This document shows, one piece after another, positions 15,452-30,349 of a stretch of 64,000 nucleotides of DNA. Below the pieces are notes generated by a model, which saw only the letters and a program-made list of their open reading frames with translations, searched no databases and was not told the DNA's origin. Positions within the stretch are counted from its first letter, which is position 1, and each line of letters starts with the position of its first letter. Origin of the DNA: the human T2T-CHM13v2.0 reference genome, Homo sapiens. Made by a program: the position numbers and the translations under genes. Location: NCBI RefSeq assembly GCF_009914755.1, contig NC_060937.1; one strand, 5' to 3'.

Positions 15452-15830
15452 TGTATTAGTTTGTTGTCACACTGTATTAAAGATAATATCCAAACTGCAT
15501 AATTTATAAAGGAAAGAGGTTTAATTCACTCACAGTTCCGCATGCCTGGGGAAGCCTCAGGAAACTTGCAATCATGGTGGCAAGTGGGAGGTGAAGGGGA
15601 AGCAAGGCATGTCTTATATGGCAGCAGGCAAGACAGAAGAGCACAGTGGGGAACTGCCAAGCACATTTTAAACACATCAGATCTTGTGAGTACTTGCTCA
15701 CTATCATGAGAACAGCATGGGGGAAACCACCCCCATGATCCAATCACCACCCATCAGATCTGTCAATTGACACATGGGGATTACAATTTGAGATGAGATT
15801 TGGGTGGGGACACAGAGCCAAACCATATCA
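15452..15830 (-). mobile_element. THE1D-like MaLR solo LTR
   Basis: tgtattagt...cacagagccaaaccatatca termini; 5-bp TSD ATCCT/ATCAT. Confidence 0.9.
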
Positions 15831-18541
15831 ATCATTTTCTTATAAAATGTAATTGAATATTGCAAGTCAAATTTCTGTCTTTATAGGTAATTAATTTGTT
15901 ATTATAGCACTAGGCTTTAAAATTCATAGCTATACATACACATTAACCTCCTGTTGATCTTGCCAATGATCATATTTCCTGACAGGAGGAGTAATTCTTT
16001 CCACTATAGGAAACACCCAAGCCAGGCAAGCCAAAGAGCAAAACCTAAAGTGAAAAATCACCATGACATTTTTCAATAGTAGGGTCTATTTGTGCCTGAA
16101 CACAGTTCTATTTTGGGGATTTCCAGGTGATCGTAGCCAATTAAGTTATTTTTTTTTTTTTTTTCCTGCATGGAGTTGAATTTTGGTCACTAGTACTAGC
16201 AGAATCCTGACTACAAAAATCAAGCCGTACAGATTTTAGTAAAAATTTCTGGGAGAGTTCCAAAATATGGAAAGGCTAATATCAATTGGTCTGGGAGACT
16301 AACTAATTTAAAAAAAAAAAGAAGAAGAAGCATAAGAGGAAGATGAAATAGCCTGGTTATCAAAGAGTATTTTGGAGTATATGTAGGGAAGATAATGATT
16401 CAATGTAATATTTTAACTTCAATTTTGCAATATTGAGTGTGACATAACCCTATCTTCTGTAACCCTCATTGCAGTCCACAGTGGCAAAATTGATTCTGGG
16501 GAAGAAATAGTTCACCTTGAAAGAATAATTATTAATAAAAATTGTGATATATGACCTATTTTGGGAAACATGTTAGGACTGGTTGCAATACTGTTAAAAA
16601 AATTACTAAACAGAAATGGAGTCAGGGTGGTTAGAAAATGTTTCATGATTACCATTCTTATATTAAAACAAAAAAGGAAGCAGGAACAAACATATATTTA
16701 AATACCTCTGAAGGAAACTAATTGTAAAGCAGAGATATTCAGTGTTTGAAAAAGCCCATTATGATTAAACTCACAAAATGAGAACATTTGCTGTGAAGGT
16801 TAATGTACTATCTATTACTTATTCAAATGCATTTAGCCATTGTCACAGATTTTGGAATTGAGCTAGATATATCATACACAGGAGAATACGTTACTTTGAA
16901 ATACCCCTACACTTCAGAAAAGATAAGGGTGAAATCCAAGGTAAGACTCCTTTTATGCTATTTGTTGTTCTGTACTAGGAGCAGGAGGAGTTTTGCATAT
17001 TCATATCATTGTGTGCATGAATATTAAAAGAGACTTTTACATTGATATCTTATTTCCTCCAGCAAAGTCAAAAAGGAAAATTTGAAAATAGTTAGTATTT
17101 AGCTTCTATGTTGATCATTACCAGAGAAGGTTATTATTATCTGACATTGAACCAAGACATGCCTTTTTAACATTCTGTACCATTGTCATAGCCAGTTGAA
17201 AAGCATAAAAGAACAAAACCGTAAGGATAAATAATAAAAGAAAATAAATGCAGAAAAGGATAAAAGAACTGTTTCTTATGTTAGATTTTACTTCTAAAAC
17301 ATTGTCTCCTAACCTTTATTAAAGCAAATAATTAACATGAACCATATGCAGGGAGAACTCAGTAGTAGCACGTGAAGTACAGTTTTATAAATCTAGTATG
17401 AAGAATATTGTACACTTAATATTTAAAGAGCTTAGCTTTTCAGTCTCAGAATATATCACTGTAGCAGAATATATTTCTTAAAAATCAGGCAACCTGGGTC
17501 TCCTTAATGTTGTTTTTTTTAATTTAAAAATTATTTTAATCATACTGAGAGAATTGCAGCTTACCTGTCTTTTACAATACCAGAAAAACAATTAGTTTCA
17601 GTAAAGCACTTTGAACAACTTTCTATTTGGAAAAATTTGTTGCACAGTCACTAAAAATGCTGATATATTGCAGCTTAGAAGGTGAAATTTATCTTAGATA
17701 GTACTGATAAAGCAGCAGAAAATGACATTACCTTAAACTTGCTTCACTGGTTCCCATCAAAAGAGTCTTAAGGGGATTTAAGGTAACTCTCAATCTTACC
17801 ATCCTTTCTAGGAGAAAATCTGTCAGAACTCTGTCGTGACTTAGATACACGTTCCCCTTCCTGAGGAAAGTTCCCTGACTGCTCAGTAATGCAAGTCCCA
17901 AGTGGAGTCATAAATCTTATTTGGACAGTAAAGTTGTAGTCTGAACCAAGAAGATTTGGAATGTGTGTTCCTTTGAGCTGGAGTATTCTATAGTTATGCA
18001 CTTTATTTTATTTTGTATTATGGGAACTGTTGACACAAATGTGTTTACATATATACATATTTTATCCAAAAGAAAAAAATCTGAAAAAAGTAGGACTCCC
18101 AATATTTATAAAGAAGTGATGGGAAATTATTAGTAGTAATTACCCAACACCATTTGAAACTCAAATTTTTAAGACAAAATGTTGATAACAAGAGACACTA
18201 AGGAAAAAATGGTTCTGTTAGAACAGGCCAGACACTTGAGGCTCATCTGAAGGGCATTGGATCTTGATCAACGGTTGTTAGAATAAGTTTCAGAAAATTT
18301 TAGTTGCCTTTAAATGACACAGGATTCTTGGACAAAAAAAAAAAAAAATCTTTTAGGAAGAGTTGGCCTTTGTAACTCCATTTTATTCTGTCTTGCATGA
18401 AGTATAGTGTGCATGGCACACTCAGCAGATCCCACAGAATTCCAAACCTAACCCTATTTATAATATTTCCGCACATTGAATGAGTTCAGGAATGTGTTTG
18501 TAGTGAAGAGAGATACTGATGGTTAACAGATTTCTAGGGTA

Positions 18542-18967
18542 TGTCGACCTAATGGAAAAGAGTGAGGCAAAATGAATACAGGTAGAGAGCTTATTTGGGC
18601 CAAGTTTGAGGACTGCAACCAGGAGCATAGATACAAGTTGCCCTGAATATAAAAACTCCAGTTAGCAGCAGTTAACAAATAGGTCTTTAAAGGGAAAGTT
18701 CCTAGGTTGTTTACCAAGAATTCACATCAAAATAACACAAGATGTTGATTGACTATATATTATTCTTTGTATCACAAATTCAGAAGCATGAAGATAATGG
18801 TGAGTGAGGCAACTAGTCAAAAACAAAATGCCTTTAAACAGTTGCCCCCAGGCATGAGTGGTAGAAGGAGGGGTGAACAAATCCTCATACTCATGTCTCT
18901 CTGGGCCTGATGAATTTTCCATACTTCACATAGCTCAGACTGCTCTGAGCTATTTTTTCTTTTCTTA
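18542..18967 (-). mobile_element. MER65-like ERV1 solo LTR
   Basis: Minus strand 5' part AAAATAGCTCAGAGCAGTCTGAGCTATGTGAAGTATGG; ends AGGTCGACA. Confidence 0.7.
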
Positions 18968-19736
18968 GTTGAATGACATAATTATCTAGCATAATTATCG
19001 TTAATGTAAAAAGAAAGATTATTTGGTCCTGCTGAATCCCTATGTGTTTCCACAGCCCAAGTTGGTGAAGGTGTAGCCATTGCATAGTGGGTTTGCCATC
19101 AGAAATTGGCTGACATGGATATTAGCACTGCATAGTGTTCAGTTACATAGGTAAAAGTTAATTGCCCTGCTGAGTTTCTAGTCTCCAGGGATTCACCAAT
19201 TTTTCTGTCCAAAAATTAAAGAAACACCAAACAAATATGTACATATATAGCATATCACAATGAGCTCAGAGACACAATACAGAATGCAATTATCCACAAC
19301 TGAGAAGTCATGTAATCTTTTAGTATTGCTGAGATTTTTATCTATTGTAGCTGTTTTCTTCAAGGTTCTATGACTTTTGTCTAGTTTTCCTTTTTGTTAT
19401 ATATTGCAGTATTCTCTTAAGGTTAATACCTTTAACAAAATGAATTTTTAAATATTTTATTGTTATAATTTATTTCCAAGCAGTATCCTTAGAAAATACT
19501 GATTAAAAAGGTTTTGAAAGTGAGTTACAGTGTCATTCATGTCATATTTACCCAATCAAGAAGTCAGTAACTATATTTGAAAACCTGCAAGAACACAAAT
19601 ATCTGGAAACAATTATTCTCTGAGTGCTTTGGGTTTAACTAAAAAACAAAATAAAACAAAAATAAGCCCCCCCACACACACACTTTTAACATATTATCTT
19701 GCAATAAGATTTTTGTTGTCATAGAAGAAAAGGTAT

Positions 19737-22083
19737 TGATATGGTTTGGCTCTGTGTCCTCACCCAACTCTCATGTGAAATTGTAACCCCTAAAGTTGTA
19801 GGAGAGGCCTGGTGGGAGGTGATTGGATCATGGGTGCAGACTTGTGCTTGTGATAGTAAGTTAGTTATCAAGAGATCTGGTTGTTTAACAGTGTGTAACA
19901 CTTCCCTCCTCACTATCTCTCTCTCTCTCCTGCAAGCCATGTGCTTGCTTCCTATTCACCTTTTGTCATGATTGTAAGTTTCCTGAGGCCTCCCCAGAAG
20001 CAGAACCCTACAGAGACTGCAGAAGTATAAACTGATTCATCTTTTTCTTACAAATTACCCAGTCTCAGGTAGTTTTTTATAGCAGTTTGAGAATGAACTA
20101 ACACAGAAAATTGGTACCAGAGAAATGGGGCATTGCTGTAAAGATACCTGAAAGTGTGGAAGTGACTTTGGAACTGGGTAACAGGCAGAGGTTGGAACAG
20201 TTTGAAGGGCTCAGAAGAAGACAGGAAGATGAGGGAAAGTTTGGAACTTCCTAGAGACTTGTTAAATTTTTCTGACTAAAATGCTGATAGTGATATGGAC
20301 AGCAAAGTCCAGGCTGAAAAGATCTCAGATGGAGATGAGGAGCTTATTGGGAACTGGAGTAAAGGTCTCTCTTGCTATGCTTTAGCAAAGACATTCATGG
20401 CATTTTTGCCCCTGCCCTAGAGATCTGTGTGACTTTGAGCTTGAGAGAGATGATTTAGAATATCTGGTGAAAGAAATTCCTAAGCAGCAGAGCATTCAAG
20501 AGGTAGCCTGCCTGGTACTAATAGTATATGCTTACATTCGTGAGCATAAAAATTTGGAAAATTTGCAGCCTGGCCATGTGGTAGAAAAGAAAACCCATTT
20601 TGTGGGGAGGAATTCAAGCCAGCTGCAGAAATTTGCATAAGTAAGGAAGAGTCAAATCTTACTAGCCAAGACCATGGGGAAAATATCTCCAAGGCATTTT
20701 AGAGATCTTTGCAGCAGGCCTTCCTATTACAGGCCTGGAGGCCCAGGAGGGAAAAATGGTTTCATGAGCCAGGCCCAGTGTCCTGCTATTCTGTGCAGCC
20801 TCAGGACACAGCACCATGCATCCCAGACACTCCAGCTTCAGCTATAGCTACAAGGGCCCCAGATAAATCCCAGGCTGTTGCTTCAGAGGGTGCAAGACCC
20901 ATGCCTAGGTGGCTTCCATGTAGAGTTAATCCTGAGAAGTGCAGAGGGCAAGAGTTAAGGCTGAGGAGCCTCTGCTGAGATTTCAGAGGATGTATGAAAA
21001 CACCTGGATGTCCAGGTATTCACCTGCTGCAGGGATGGATCCCTCATGAAGAACCCCTATTAGAGCAGTGCAGAGGGGAAATGTGGGGTTGGAGTCCTCT
21101 CACAGATTCCCCACTGGGGTACTGCCTAGTGGAGCTGTGAAAAGAGGACTACCATCCTCTAGACCCTGGAATTGTAAGTCCACTGACAGCTTGTACCATG
21201 TACCTGGTAAAGCCACAGGTACTCAAAGCCAGCACATGAAAGCAGCCATGGGTGTTATACCTAGCAAAGCCACAGAGGCAGAGATGCCCAAGTGGGAGAC
21301 TTTGGGAGCCTACCCATTGTGTCTAAGAGGCCTGGATGTGAGACATGGAGTCAAAAGTGCTTATTTTGGAGCTTTAAGATTTAATAACTACCTTGCTGGG
21401 TTTCAGACATGCATGTGGCCTATATAGCTTTTTTGTTTTGACTGATTGCTCCCTCTTGGAATGGGTCTATTTACACAATGCCTTTACCCCTATTGCATCT
21501 TGGAAGTAACTAACTTATTTTTTGTTTTACAGGCTCATAGGCAGAAGGGACTTGTCCTGTCTCAGATGAGACTTTGACTTGGACTTTTGAATTAATGTTA
21601 GAATAAGTTAAGACTTTGGGGTATTATTGTTAGGAAGACATAATTGTGTTTTGAAATGTGAGAAGGACGTGAGATTTGGGAGGGGCCAGGCGTGAAATGA
21701 TATGGTTTGGCTCTCTGTCCCCACCCAAAGCTCATGTCGAATTGTAAACCTCAATGTGGGAGGAGCAGTCTGTTGGCAGGTGATTGGATTATAGGGACAG
21801 ACTTCCCCCTTACTGTTCTTGTGATAGTGAGTCAGTTTTAAAGAGATCTGCTTGTTTAAAAGTGTGTAGCACTTCCCTCTTCATGATTTCTCTTTCCTGT
21901 CACCTATGTGAACATGTACTTTCTTCCCCTTTGCCTTCTGCCATGATTGTAAGTTTCCTGCGTCCTCCACAGAAACAGCAGCCTGTATAGCCCAGGGAAC
22001 TGTGAGCTTATTAAACCTCTTTTCTTCATAAATTACCCAGTCTCAGGTAGTTCTTTATAGCAGTGCAAGAACAAATGAATACA
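19737..22083 (+). mobile_element. Complete MSTA-type MaLR element (LTR-internal-LTR)
   Basis: 5' LTR 19737-20105, internal 20106-21697 (starts gaaaattggtacc, purine-rich before the 3' LTR), 3' LTR 21698-22083; perfect TSD GGTAT at 19732-19736 and 22084-22088; broken MaLR ORF pieces at 20709-20978 and 21068-21427. Confidence 0.92.
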
Positions 22084-24204
22084 GGTATTTTCAACATAAA
22101 TGTTAAAATATATCAGTATTGTATAGTTTAATAAGTGAATATATTATTTTTTCAGCAGATAAGAGATACTTCTAAAACATTAAAGTGTCTTATAATAGAT
22201 TCAATCATTTTGTCAAGTGGTGCTAGATTAAATTATTAAGAAATGAACCCTCAAATATGCAATTTACTTATTTGGATGCAGATAAGATTCAAAAGCAAAA
22301 GACATGTAACTTAATTTAAAATGCCAGTACAATAGATTGTCATCCATGAGTTTTCATAAAAGGATAATGAGGAGGCAACTCATTTTTATCAAAAGAAAGT
22401 AATTATATATTTGAGCCCTTTTCAAATCTTGGACAAAAATTTACTTATCAACATCTTGTACATAAAAGAGTGCTTAAATTTAATCATCTTATAACTTGAT
22501 CCTTGTTTTTCTAAATTCTTAAGTGAAGGTACCCAGCCTTCATTCTCTTCCTTTGCCTTCCTATGAGGACACTGTTATCACATACTCCCAATTTTGCTTT
22601 TATAAATTCATCTTACTATGGAAAACAGTGCCTCCTTTTTCAACAGAATTGGAATCTCAGTGGAGATTTCCCTTACTGGATTCTTGTGTTTTCATCGTTT
22701 GTTTACTAGGTACATCAGGGAAGGGATGTTCATGTCTGTGACTCTGCAATATGCTATTCATTAATGTTCTCCTACATGTTGGGAAGTCAGTACTTGTAAG
22801 TAAGTACAATTTTTTTCTAGTAAACTATATCCATGGGTAACACATATCTCCTACAGTGTACATTTAACACCATGAGAGTGGTTTATCCTATCCTTGGACT
22901 GAGAACAATAGCATGCTATTCCTATGGTTATCTCTATCAAGGGTTCTGTCAACAGAAAAACAAACATAGGTCAACTGCAGTTTAAAGCTTAGTGCTGTTT
23001 CATTAAGTAAAATACTACAAAGGAGAGAATGGCTTAAGGCAGTAAAAAAGGTTAGATTTGTCTTTTACTCTTTCTACAACCAACGTCATTAACTCAGCCA
23101 TTTGTAGGCTACCAGATCAATCACAGTGACAATAATTCTGGGATTTTCTTCTGGCCTACAAATCTGTTGTGTTGTACCATGAGAAACAGAAACACATGTG
23201 TTGTGCTTAGGAAGTATAGTTATTACTGATTAGGAATACTTATTTTTGTATGATTTCACCCACTCATTTAATTTTGTCTACATACATAATTTCCTTTGTG
23301 ACAATAGGATAGTATAGTGGTTTGAGGCTCCCTAAAACAGAATTTTAGATGGAGATTTATGTGTAGGTAATTTATAGACAGAGCGCTCTCTGGTGAAACT
23401 TGTGAAGACAAAGCAAGAGAAAAAGCCAAGGAAATGCGTAGTTTTACCTAAAGTTAAAATCAGCCTGATTTCACAGGGAATTCAAGAGTATTAGTTACAT
23501 CACAGAGTTGTCCTTCATTGAGATAAGATATTTTGCCACCTATTATCAATCGCTCATTGTCTGTGGATAGCTGAAGATAATAGGAGACATAAAACCGTCT
23601 TGGCATTTCTCTCTTCCCAGGGCAATTCTCCAGAGAAAGATGCAGTGGGGGATGTTAGCAGCCAACCCTCTGGGAACCTGGGGCATGTGTAAACAGGTCT
23701 GCTAAAATAATTGGAGCACATTACCCATTTTTCCACTACACATGGAGTCCAGCATTTTATTTCATGTTTCTTTAATCTAGTGGAGTCTTTATTTCTGGGA
23801 CTGGCAGCAATCTGTGTAATGAAGGTCCAGAATTCAGGCACAAACACCATTACTGACACTGCTAAGCTGGCATCCACAGCGGGGATCAAACAAGAATACA
23901 ATATAAGATTTTGGTCTTTGTGAAAACAACATGTGCTCATGTATATCAGTGCCCCAGCAGGAGATTTATTCTAGGGACCCAGAGCAGATGGTACAGTTGC
24001 CAATTGACCTTTATGGAACATTGTTCACTGCTTGACTTTACTAAAATAAAGAGAAAGAAAAAAAAAAAAAGACAGCTTTCCCAGGCTCAAGAATATATTT
24101 AATCTACCTACATATTTGTTCTGTATTTATATGTGAACACCGAAATAACTTATATTTTACCTAAAATGAGACTTTATGACAATTAAATGTGGAGTAGACA
24201 ATAT

Positions 24205-24396
24205 CAGCGTTGCCAGATAAAATATAGGATTTCCCAGCTAAATTTAAATTTTAGATAAACCACAAATAATTTTTTAGTACAAGCTTTTCCATGCAATAAG
24301 TGGGACATACTTGTATTAAAAATGTATTCACTTTTATCTGAAATTCAGAATTACCTAGATGCCAGTAGTTTTATTTGTTAAAATCTAGCAATCCTA
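24205..24396 (+). mobile_element. MER53 hAT MITE (palindromic)
   Basis: cagcgttgccagataaaat...aaatctagcaatccta termini, internal inverted repeat, 8-bp TSD GACAATAT/GGCAATAG. Confidence 0.85.
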
Positions 24397-25478
24397 GGCA
24401 ATAGACCAGAGTACTTAAAACATTAAACTTACAATGCAATGATGCTTTACAATTTCAAACAAAGAAATATTTTAAAAAATCATTTGTCCTGCATTTCTAT
24501 TATCAATATACAAATTAAAGATAAAGGTATATTTACAAAGAAATAAGAAACAAAGCATAAAAATATATTCAAGTGCTTGAACTGTTGCTCCCCTAAACTT
24601 CCTAGGAACATCAAATGTTAAACATAAACTCACTCTTACACACACATATATACATGTGAACATACACACAATTTTTCATTCTCATTAAGTTTTAAAAGAC
24701 TACTGTTTGGTGAAGTTACAGCATCAATTTATAAATGATATATAAAAAGAAAAATCTCAGTTCCCCTGCAGTGCCTGTTGAAAACACATCGCATTACCTT
24801 CACTGCTGAGCAGAGAGGTACTGAACTGCTAGCTGTAATATTGCTTGGAATTGGAGACATCCATCACATGAGGAACCCCACCAGTTGGAAGGAAGGGAGA
24901 GTTTCTTTATGTGTGATCTCCCTGTAGGAATGGAAGCAAGGAGTCAGTTTTTCTTGTCCACTCTTTCTTCTCCTTTTCATTTTTGTATTATTGTTCTGGA
25001 ATTTATTCCACAGCAAGTTATTCTCTCATCTACTCACACACACTATTAACAAGCTAAAGTGTTTGCATGAGTTTCTACTGTGCATCACCAGTTTCTTTAT
25101 TTTTAATAAAAAGTTTCTGAGGAAAAAGTAAGAAAACTAAGATAAAAATTATCTTTAACAATTTTAAATTAACAATACTAAAACTTCAAGCCAGTCAAAT
25201 GCAGTCTGATCTCATTTTAAGAGAGAATTCTTTTGTTTTAAACAGATGTGTCTGGAAGACCTCTACTCAATCATCCAGTTTGAGTTGTATTTCTCCAATA
25301 ATTTGAATTAATCCATTATTTAAGAATTTTGAGACTAAGAGTAATAAAGTAGATATTATAAAGTTCAGTAAGCCACTCATAACCCTGGGATATCCTTACA
25401 GTTTTTGCTTGTTTGTTGCTTCCTTGTTAGTTTTTTAGCTTTTGCTTTCTAGATTTCAAAGTTATACAAACAAGTTGA

Positions 25479-25760
<282 letters not shown>

Positions 25761-26121
25761 TAGTAATAAAAATTATCTAAAATAGAAAATTAAAAAATGT
25801 ATATATTGTGCATCCTGTCTCCACAATGGGACAGTAAAACCAAAGCTCTAGTAGATAGTGGCATCATGGCATCACTGAAGCACAGTGAGAGTAGGGAGCC
25901 CTTAACAACTGTTGGAGTCATGGAGACATTTGTAATTGCCCCCACCCTAACCTGTCCCAGATGCATCACTTGGGAAAAGGCAGTCGTTAAATTAATGTTA
26001 CAGACACAGATAATTCACAAAAGGCCAGATGGGTAGATTTAGGACTGTGAAAGCAGGGTATAGATGAGTCTTGATTTTAACATCAGTGACTCTCACCTCA
26101 AGGTATATCTGTTTTCCAGTG

Positions 26122-26321
26122 TCTTTTCTTTCTTTTCTTTCTTTCTCTTTCTTTCTTTCTCTCTCTCTCTTTCTTTCTTTCTCTTTCTCTCTCTTTCTTT
26201 CTCTTTCTCTCTCTTTCTTTCTCTTTCTTTCTCTCTTTCTCTCTCTTTCTTTTTTCCTTCCTTCTTTCTTTCTTTCTCTTTCTTTCTTTCTTTCTTTCTT
26301 TCTGTCTGTCTGTCTTTCTTT

Positions 26322-26393
<72 letters not shown>

Positions 26394-26419
26394 TCCTTCC
26401 CTCCCTCCCTCCCTCCTTA

Positions 26420-26492
<73 letters not shown>

Positions 26493-26535
26493 TTCTTTCT
26501 TTCTTTCTTTCTCTGTCCTCTTTCTCTCTCTTTCT
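26122..26535 (+). repeat. Compound (TTTC)n/(CT)n/(CCCT)n pyrimidine microsatellite
   Basis: ~410 bp of almost only C/T, including long pure TTTC runs and a short TCTG run. Confidence 0.97.
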
Positions 26536-26815
26536 CACCTAAATAGGCATGTTCAGGCTAGGGACTGGGATACCTTACCCAAATAACATTGAGTAAAAGT
26601 AGCTGATGTTCTCAGTGGAATACCATGAGGAGCACAAATGTTATAAAATTTAAAAAGCATACAATACAAACATGAAAAAACAGGGAAAAACAGACTAAGT
26701 GGCATAGACAGAACAATAATTTCAGTAAGCATAATAAATACAATAAAGTGAAAAGACAGTGTATGATATTGGAAATGTAAGGTGGAATGAGTAGTTGTAA
26801 AGAAAATATGGTATA

Positions 26816-27690
26816 AATGAACTCAAACAAATTTACAAGAAAAAAACAACCCCATCAACAAGTGGGCAAAGGTTATGAACAGACACTTCTCAAAAGAAGA
26901 CATTTATGCAGCCAAAAGACACATGAAAAAATGCTCATCATCACTGGCCATCAGAGAAATGCAAATCAAAACCACAAGGGGATACCATCTTACACCAGTT
27001 AGAATGGTGATCACTAAAAAGTCAGGAAACAACAGGTGTTGGAGAGGATGTGGAGAAATAGGAACACTTTTACACTGTTGCTGGGACTGTAAACTCGTTC
27101 AACCATTGTGGAAGTCTGTGGCAATTCCTCAGGGATCTAGAACTAGAAATACCATTTCACTCAGCCATCCCATTACTGGGTATATACCCAAAGGATTGTA
27201 AATCATGCTGCTATAAAGACACATGCACACGTATGTTTATTGCGGCACTATTCACAATAGCAAAGACTTAGAACCAACCCAAATGTCCAACAATGATAGA
27301 CTAGATTAAGAAAACGTGGCACATATACACCATGGAATACTATGCAGCATAAAAAAAGATGAGTTCATATCCTTTGCAGGGACATGGATGAAGCTGGAAA
27401 CCATCATTCTCAGCAAACTATCACAAGGACAAAAAAGCAAACACTGCATGTTCTCACTCATAGGCGGGAATTGAACAATGAAAACACATGGACACAGGAA
27501 GGGGAACATCACACACCAGGGCCTGTTGTCAGGTGGGAGGAGCGGGGAGGGATAGCATTAGGAGATATACCCAATGTTAAATGACGAGTTACTGGGTGCA
27601 GCACACCAACATGGCACGTGTATACAAAGGTAACAAACCTGCACGTTGTGCACATGTACCCTAAAACTTAAAGTATAATAACAAAAAAAA
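26816..27690 (+). mobile_element. 5'-truncated L1PA (L1PA4-like) 3' end
   Basis: ORF2 C-terminal text ([21 protein letters not shown]...[14 protein letters not shown]), L1PA 3'UTR with G-rich tract and A tail; TSD agaaaatatggtata (26801-26815) / agaaaatagagtata (27691-27705). Confidence 0.93.
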
Positions 27691-30349
27691 AGAAAATAGA
27701 GTATATACTACTGACAACTAAGTTAACTAGGTAAAACAGCAACCAAGTCACCAATATGTGTTCAGTAGCAAAAGGTATTTTTATAGAGATGAAGTCACTA
27801 AGCTGGAAGTAATTCAAACCAGGCATTATCAGAACGGTAAAGAAAGATGGTAAAATAAGGAAAAAACTTAGCAGATTTGGAATGTAGATGTCAAAATGCT
27901 TAAAGTACATATAACATGAGAAAAAAAAGGAGAGAATAAAATTGAATTGCAGAATAACTTGAAGGTATCAGAACGGTCTAAATATAAGTTAAAATATGAG
28001 ATCTCCAAATAAAAGTAAACATAAAGTATCCAAATGGTACCAGAGAAAGAATAAGTAAATTTAAACACATCATAGATAAATTACATTGCATCATAATTAA
28101 AAAAATGATATTCTATAGATTTTATAGATAATGTATATTTACAGAGCAACAAAAAGTATACTGGCATCAAATTTCTGAATAGCAATATTTAAAGACTAAG
28201 AAGATGGCTTAATATTCCCAGTGTATTGAATAAAAAGACACAGACCAAGATTTTTTACCCAATAAAATTGCCGCTCAAATGTGCTGGAAAAATAAAAAAA
28301 AATCTTAAGCATTCAAGTCTTCAGAATATGTACCACCTGAAGATCGTCTTTGAAAATACCCATACAAATATACCTGGGCCAAATACTTGATTCTTTTTTC
28401 TCAGCACCATGCTTGCTCTTTTATAGTCTCCAGTATATTGCTAGGGTTAGAAGTTAGCAAACTACATCTTCTAGACTTCCTTGCAGGTGTCTGGCTTATG
28501 GTTCACTCACACAGCTTGGTTATAAACTCATTAACAATCTTGAGTGTTTCAAAAGTTTCCCCAGCAGAGGCATCTAAGGAACTCAGTAATGTAATTTTCC
28601 TAGAGTAGCCACTGCTTCCTGCATTTACTTAGACACTTGCTCCATTTTTCTCTATCTGCACTTCCATTACATTTGTACTTAATTTCCAAATTTAAATTCA
28701 TCTGTTTAAGTCACCATAATCAGTATCTGCTTTTCTGATTGGACACTGACTACAACAGTACTTCAGCAGATGTATGGAAAACAAAAAGGAATACTAAGTT
28801 CTCGTCTAAAAAAAGCAATAAAAATAATCTAAATCTTTAAATATTGAGAATAAATATTGTACAAAAATATAAAAATATTAGAGAAAGTACGGGGGCAGAA
28901 CAGAAATCAATAAAAGCATCTCATTCTTATTATTGAAGGTGGCGTAAATGTAAGATAGAGATATTTAAGAAAAAGGAGGGAATAAATGCAAGTATAGGTA
29001 ATATGATAGAAATAGCCACCAGAATAATAAAATATAATGTATAAAATGTAAATAAGCATAAAAATTTTGATCTATAAAGTAGAGAATGGGGAAAGAAGAA
29101 AACACTTTTTAAAGGTTGGTGAATGGAAGATACAATATTAGATAGGCAAAATGAGTTGATATAACAATTATTTTCATCCATTTAATTGACTATACTCAAG
29201 TTTTGAAAACTCTTGTTGAACTATTTAAAATAAATCTAGATCTTACAAAAAGGAGTGTAGGGAAATAAGATAAGCAACTATAGAAAAAACAGTTTAGCCA
29301 GACAGAAAAAAGAAAGAAAAAGTCAATTATCCTCCCCCCAAAAAAAAACATTTATATACAAGAATTTCTTTAAAAGTTTAAAATAATGGGGTGGAAAAAT
29401 ATTTATTTGGAACGTATGAACCAAAGAAAGGAAATGTTATAGGTCAAACACACAAAGTATGCATGATACAGAGTGGTCGAATAATATAATCTAAAAGTTG
29501 ACTGTATTTGTGACCAATATCGAGAGAGAGAACTTTAATAAATTATCTTTTGCATTTAAATGCAATGCTTCTGGATATGTAATTATTTAAATATGAGTAC
29601 CTCTGCTGAGACAATTTTAGAGTATGATTAAAAATTTAAAAGAACAGGATACAGAAATAGTTATTCTCATTTTGTGGAATGAATTAACATGGAAAAATGC
29701 CACATTCTCTCAAAGTAATTTAGAAATCCAATTCAATTTTGATTAAACATCTAATTAATTTTTAATTTAAAAATTTTATAAACAGATTTCAAAAAAAGGT
29801 TCACAATAGCTATGAAAATTGGGAATTAAAAAAATGAACAGGGAATATTTACAAATGTTAAGATGTAAAAAAACTCATGTTAATAAAATCACACACAAAA
29901 ATACGTAAACAAAAAAAAGCACAGGAAAATAGGTGATACTGAGAAAGGACTTGAAAGGTGGACAGTACAGTACAATTAATGGTTCAGCAAGAGATATTTT
30001 CTGTATATAAGAACACAATGTGTGATCAGAGAAGCATTACAAATCAGTGAGGACATTATTTTAAAACTGACATAAAATTTTTAAATTTTATGCCCAATAC
30101 TTGGACTGTTATAAATGCATTTTTAAATAATATACAAACATATCCTCCAAGTTGATAGAAGGCCTAACTAGGAAAGACAAATTTAAAACATGATAGAAAA
30201 AAATAGAAAATTATCTTTGTCACCTTATGGGGATTAGTTCTTTCAAAAAGAGATCTAAAAGAAGCAACAATGAGGTAAAATTCTATGAATCTGAATTTGT
30301 TAAAAGTAATTTTATCTGCTTAGTGTAACATTACAGAATGAGTTTTCTT

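Noticed and set aside
16850-16940. Possible plus-strand exon (cag|ATT...AAG|gtaaga) with one open frame
   Set aside because: Weak pyrimidine tract, unrecognised peptide, no supporting neighbouring exons.
23320-23760. Possible ancient ERVL-type LTR
   Set aside because: Too diverged to define family or ends by eye.
26064-26586. Long ORFs rich in S/F/L or K/E/R
   Set aside because: Translations of a stop-free microsatellite.
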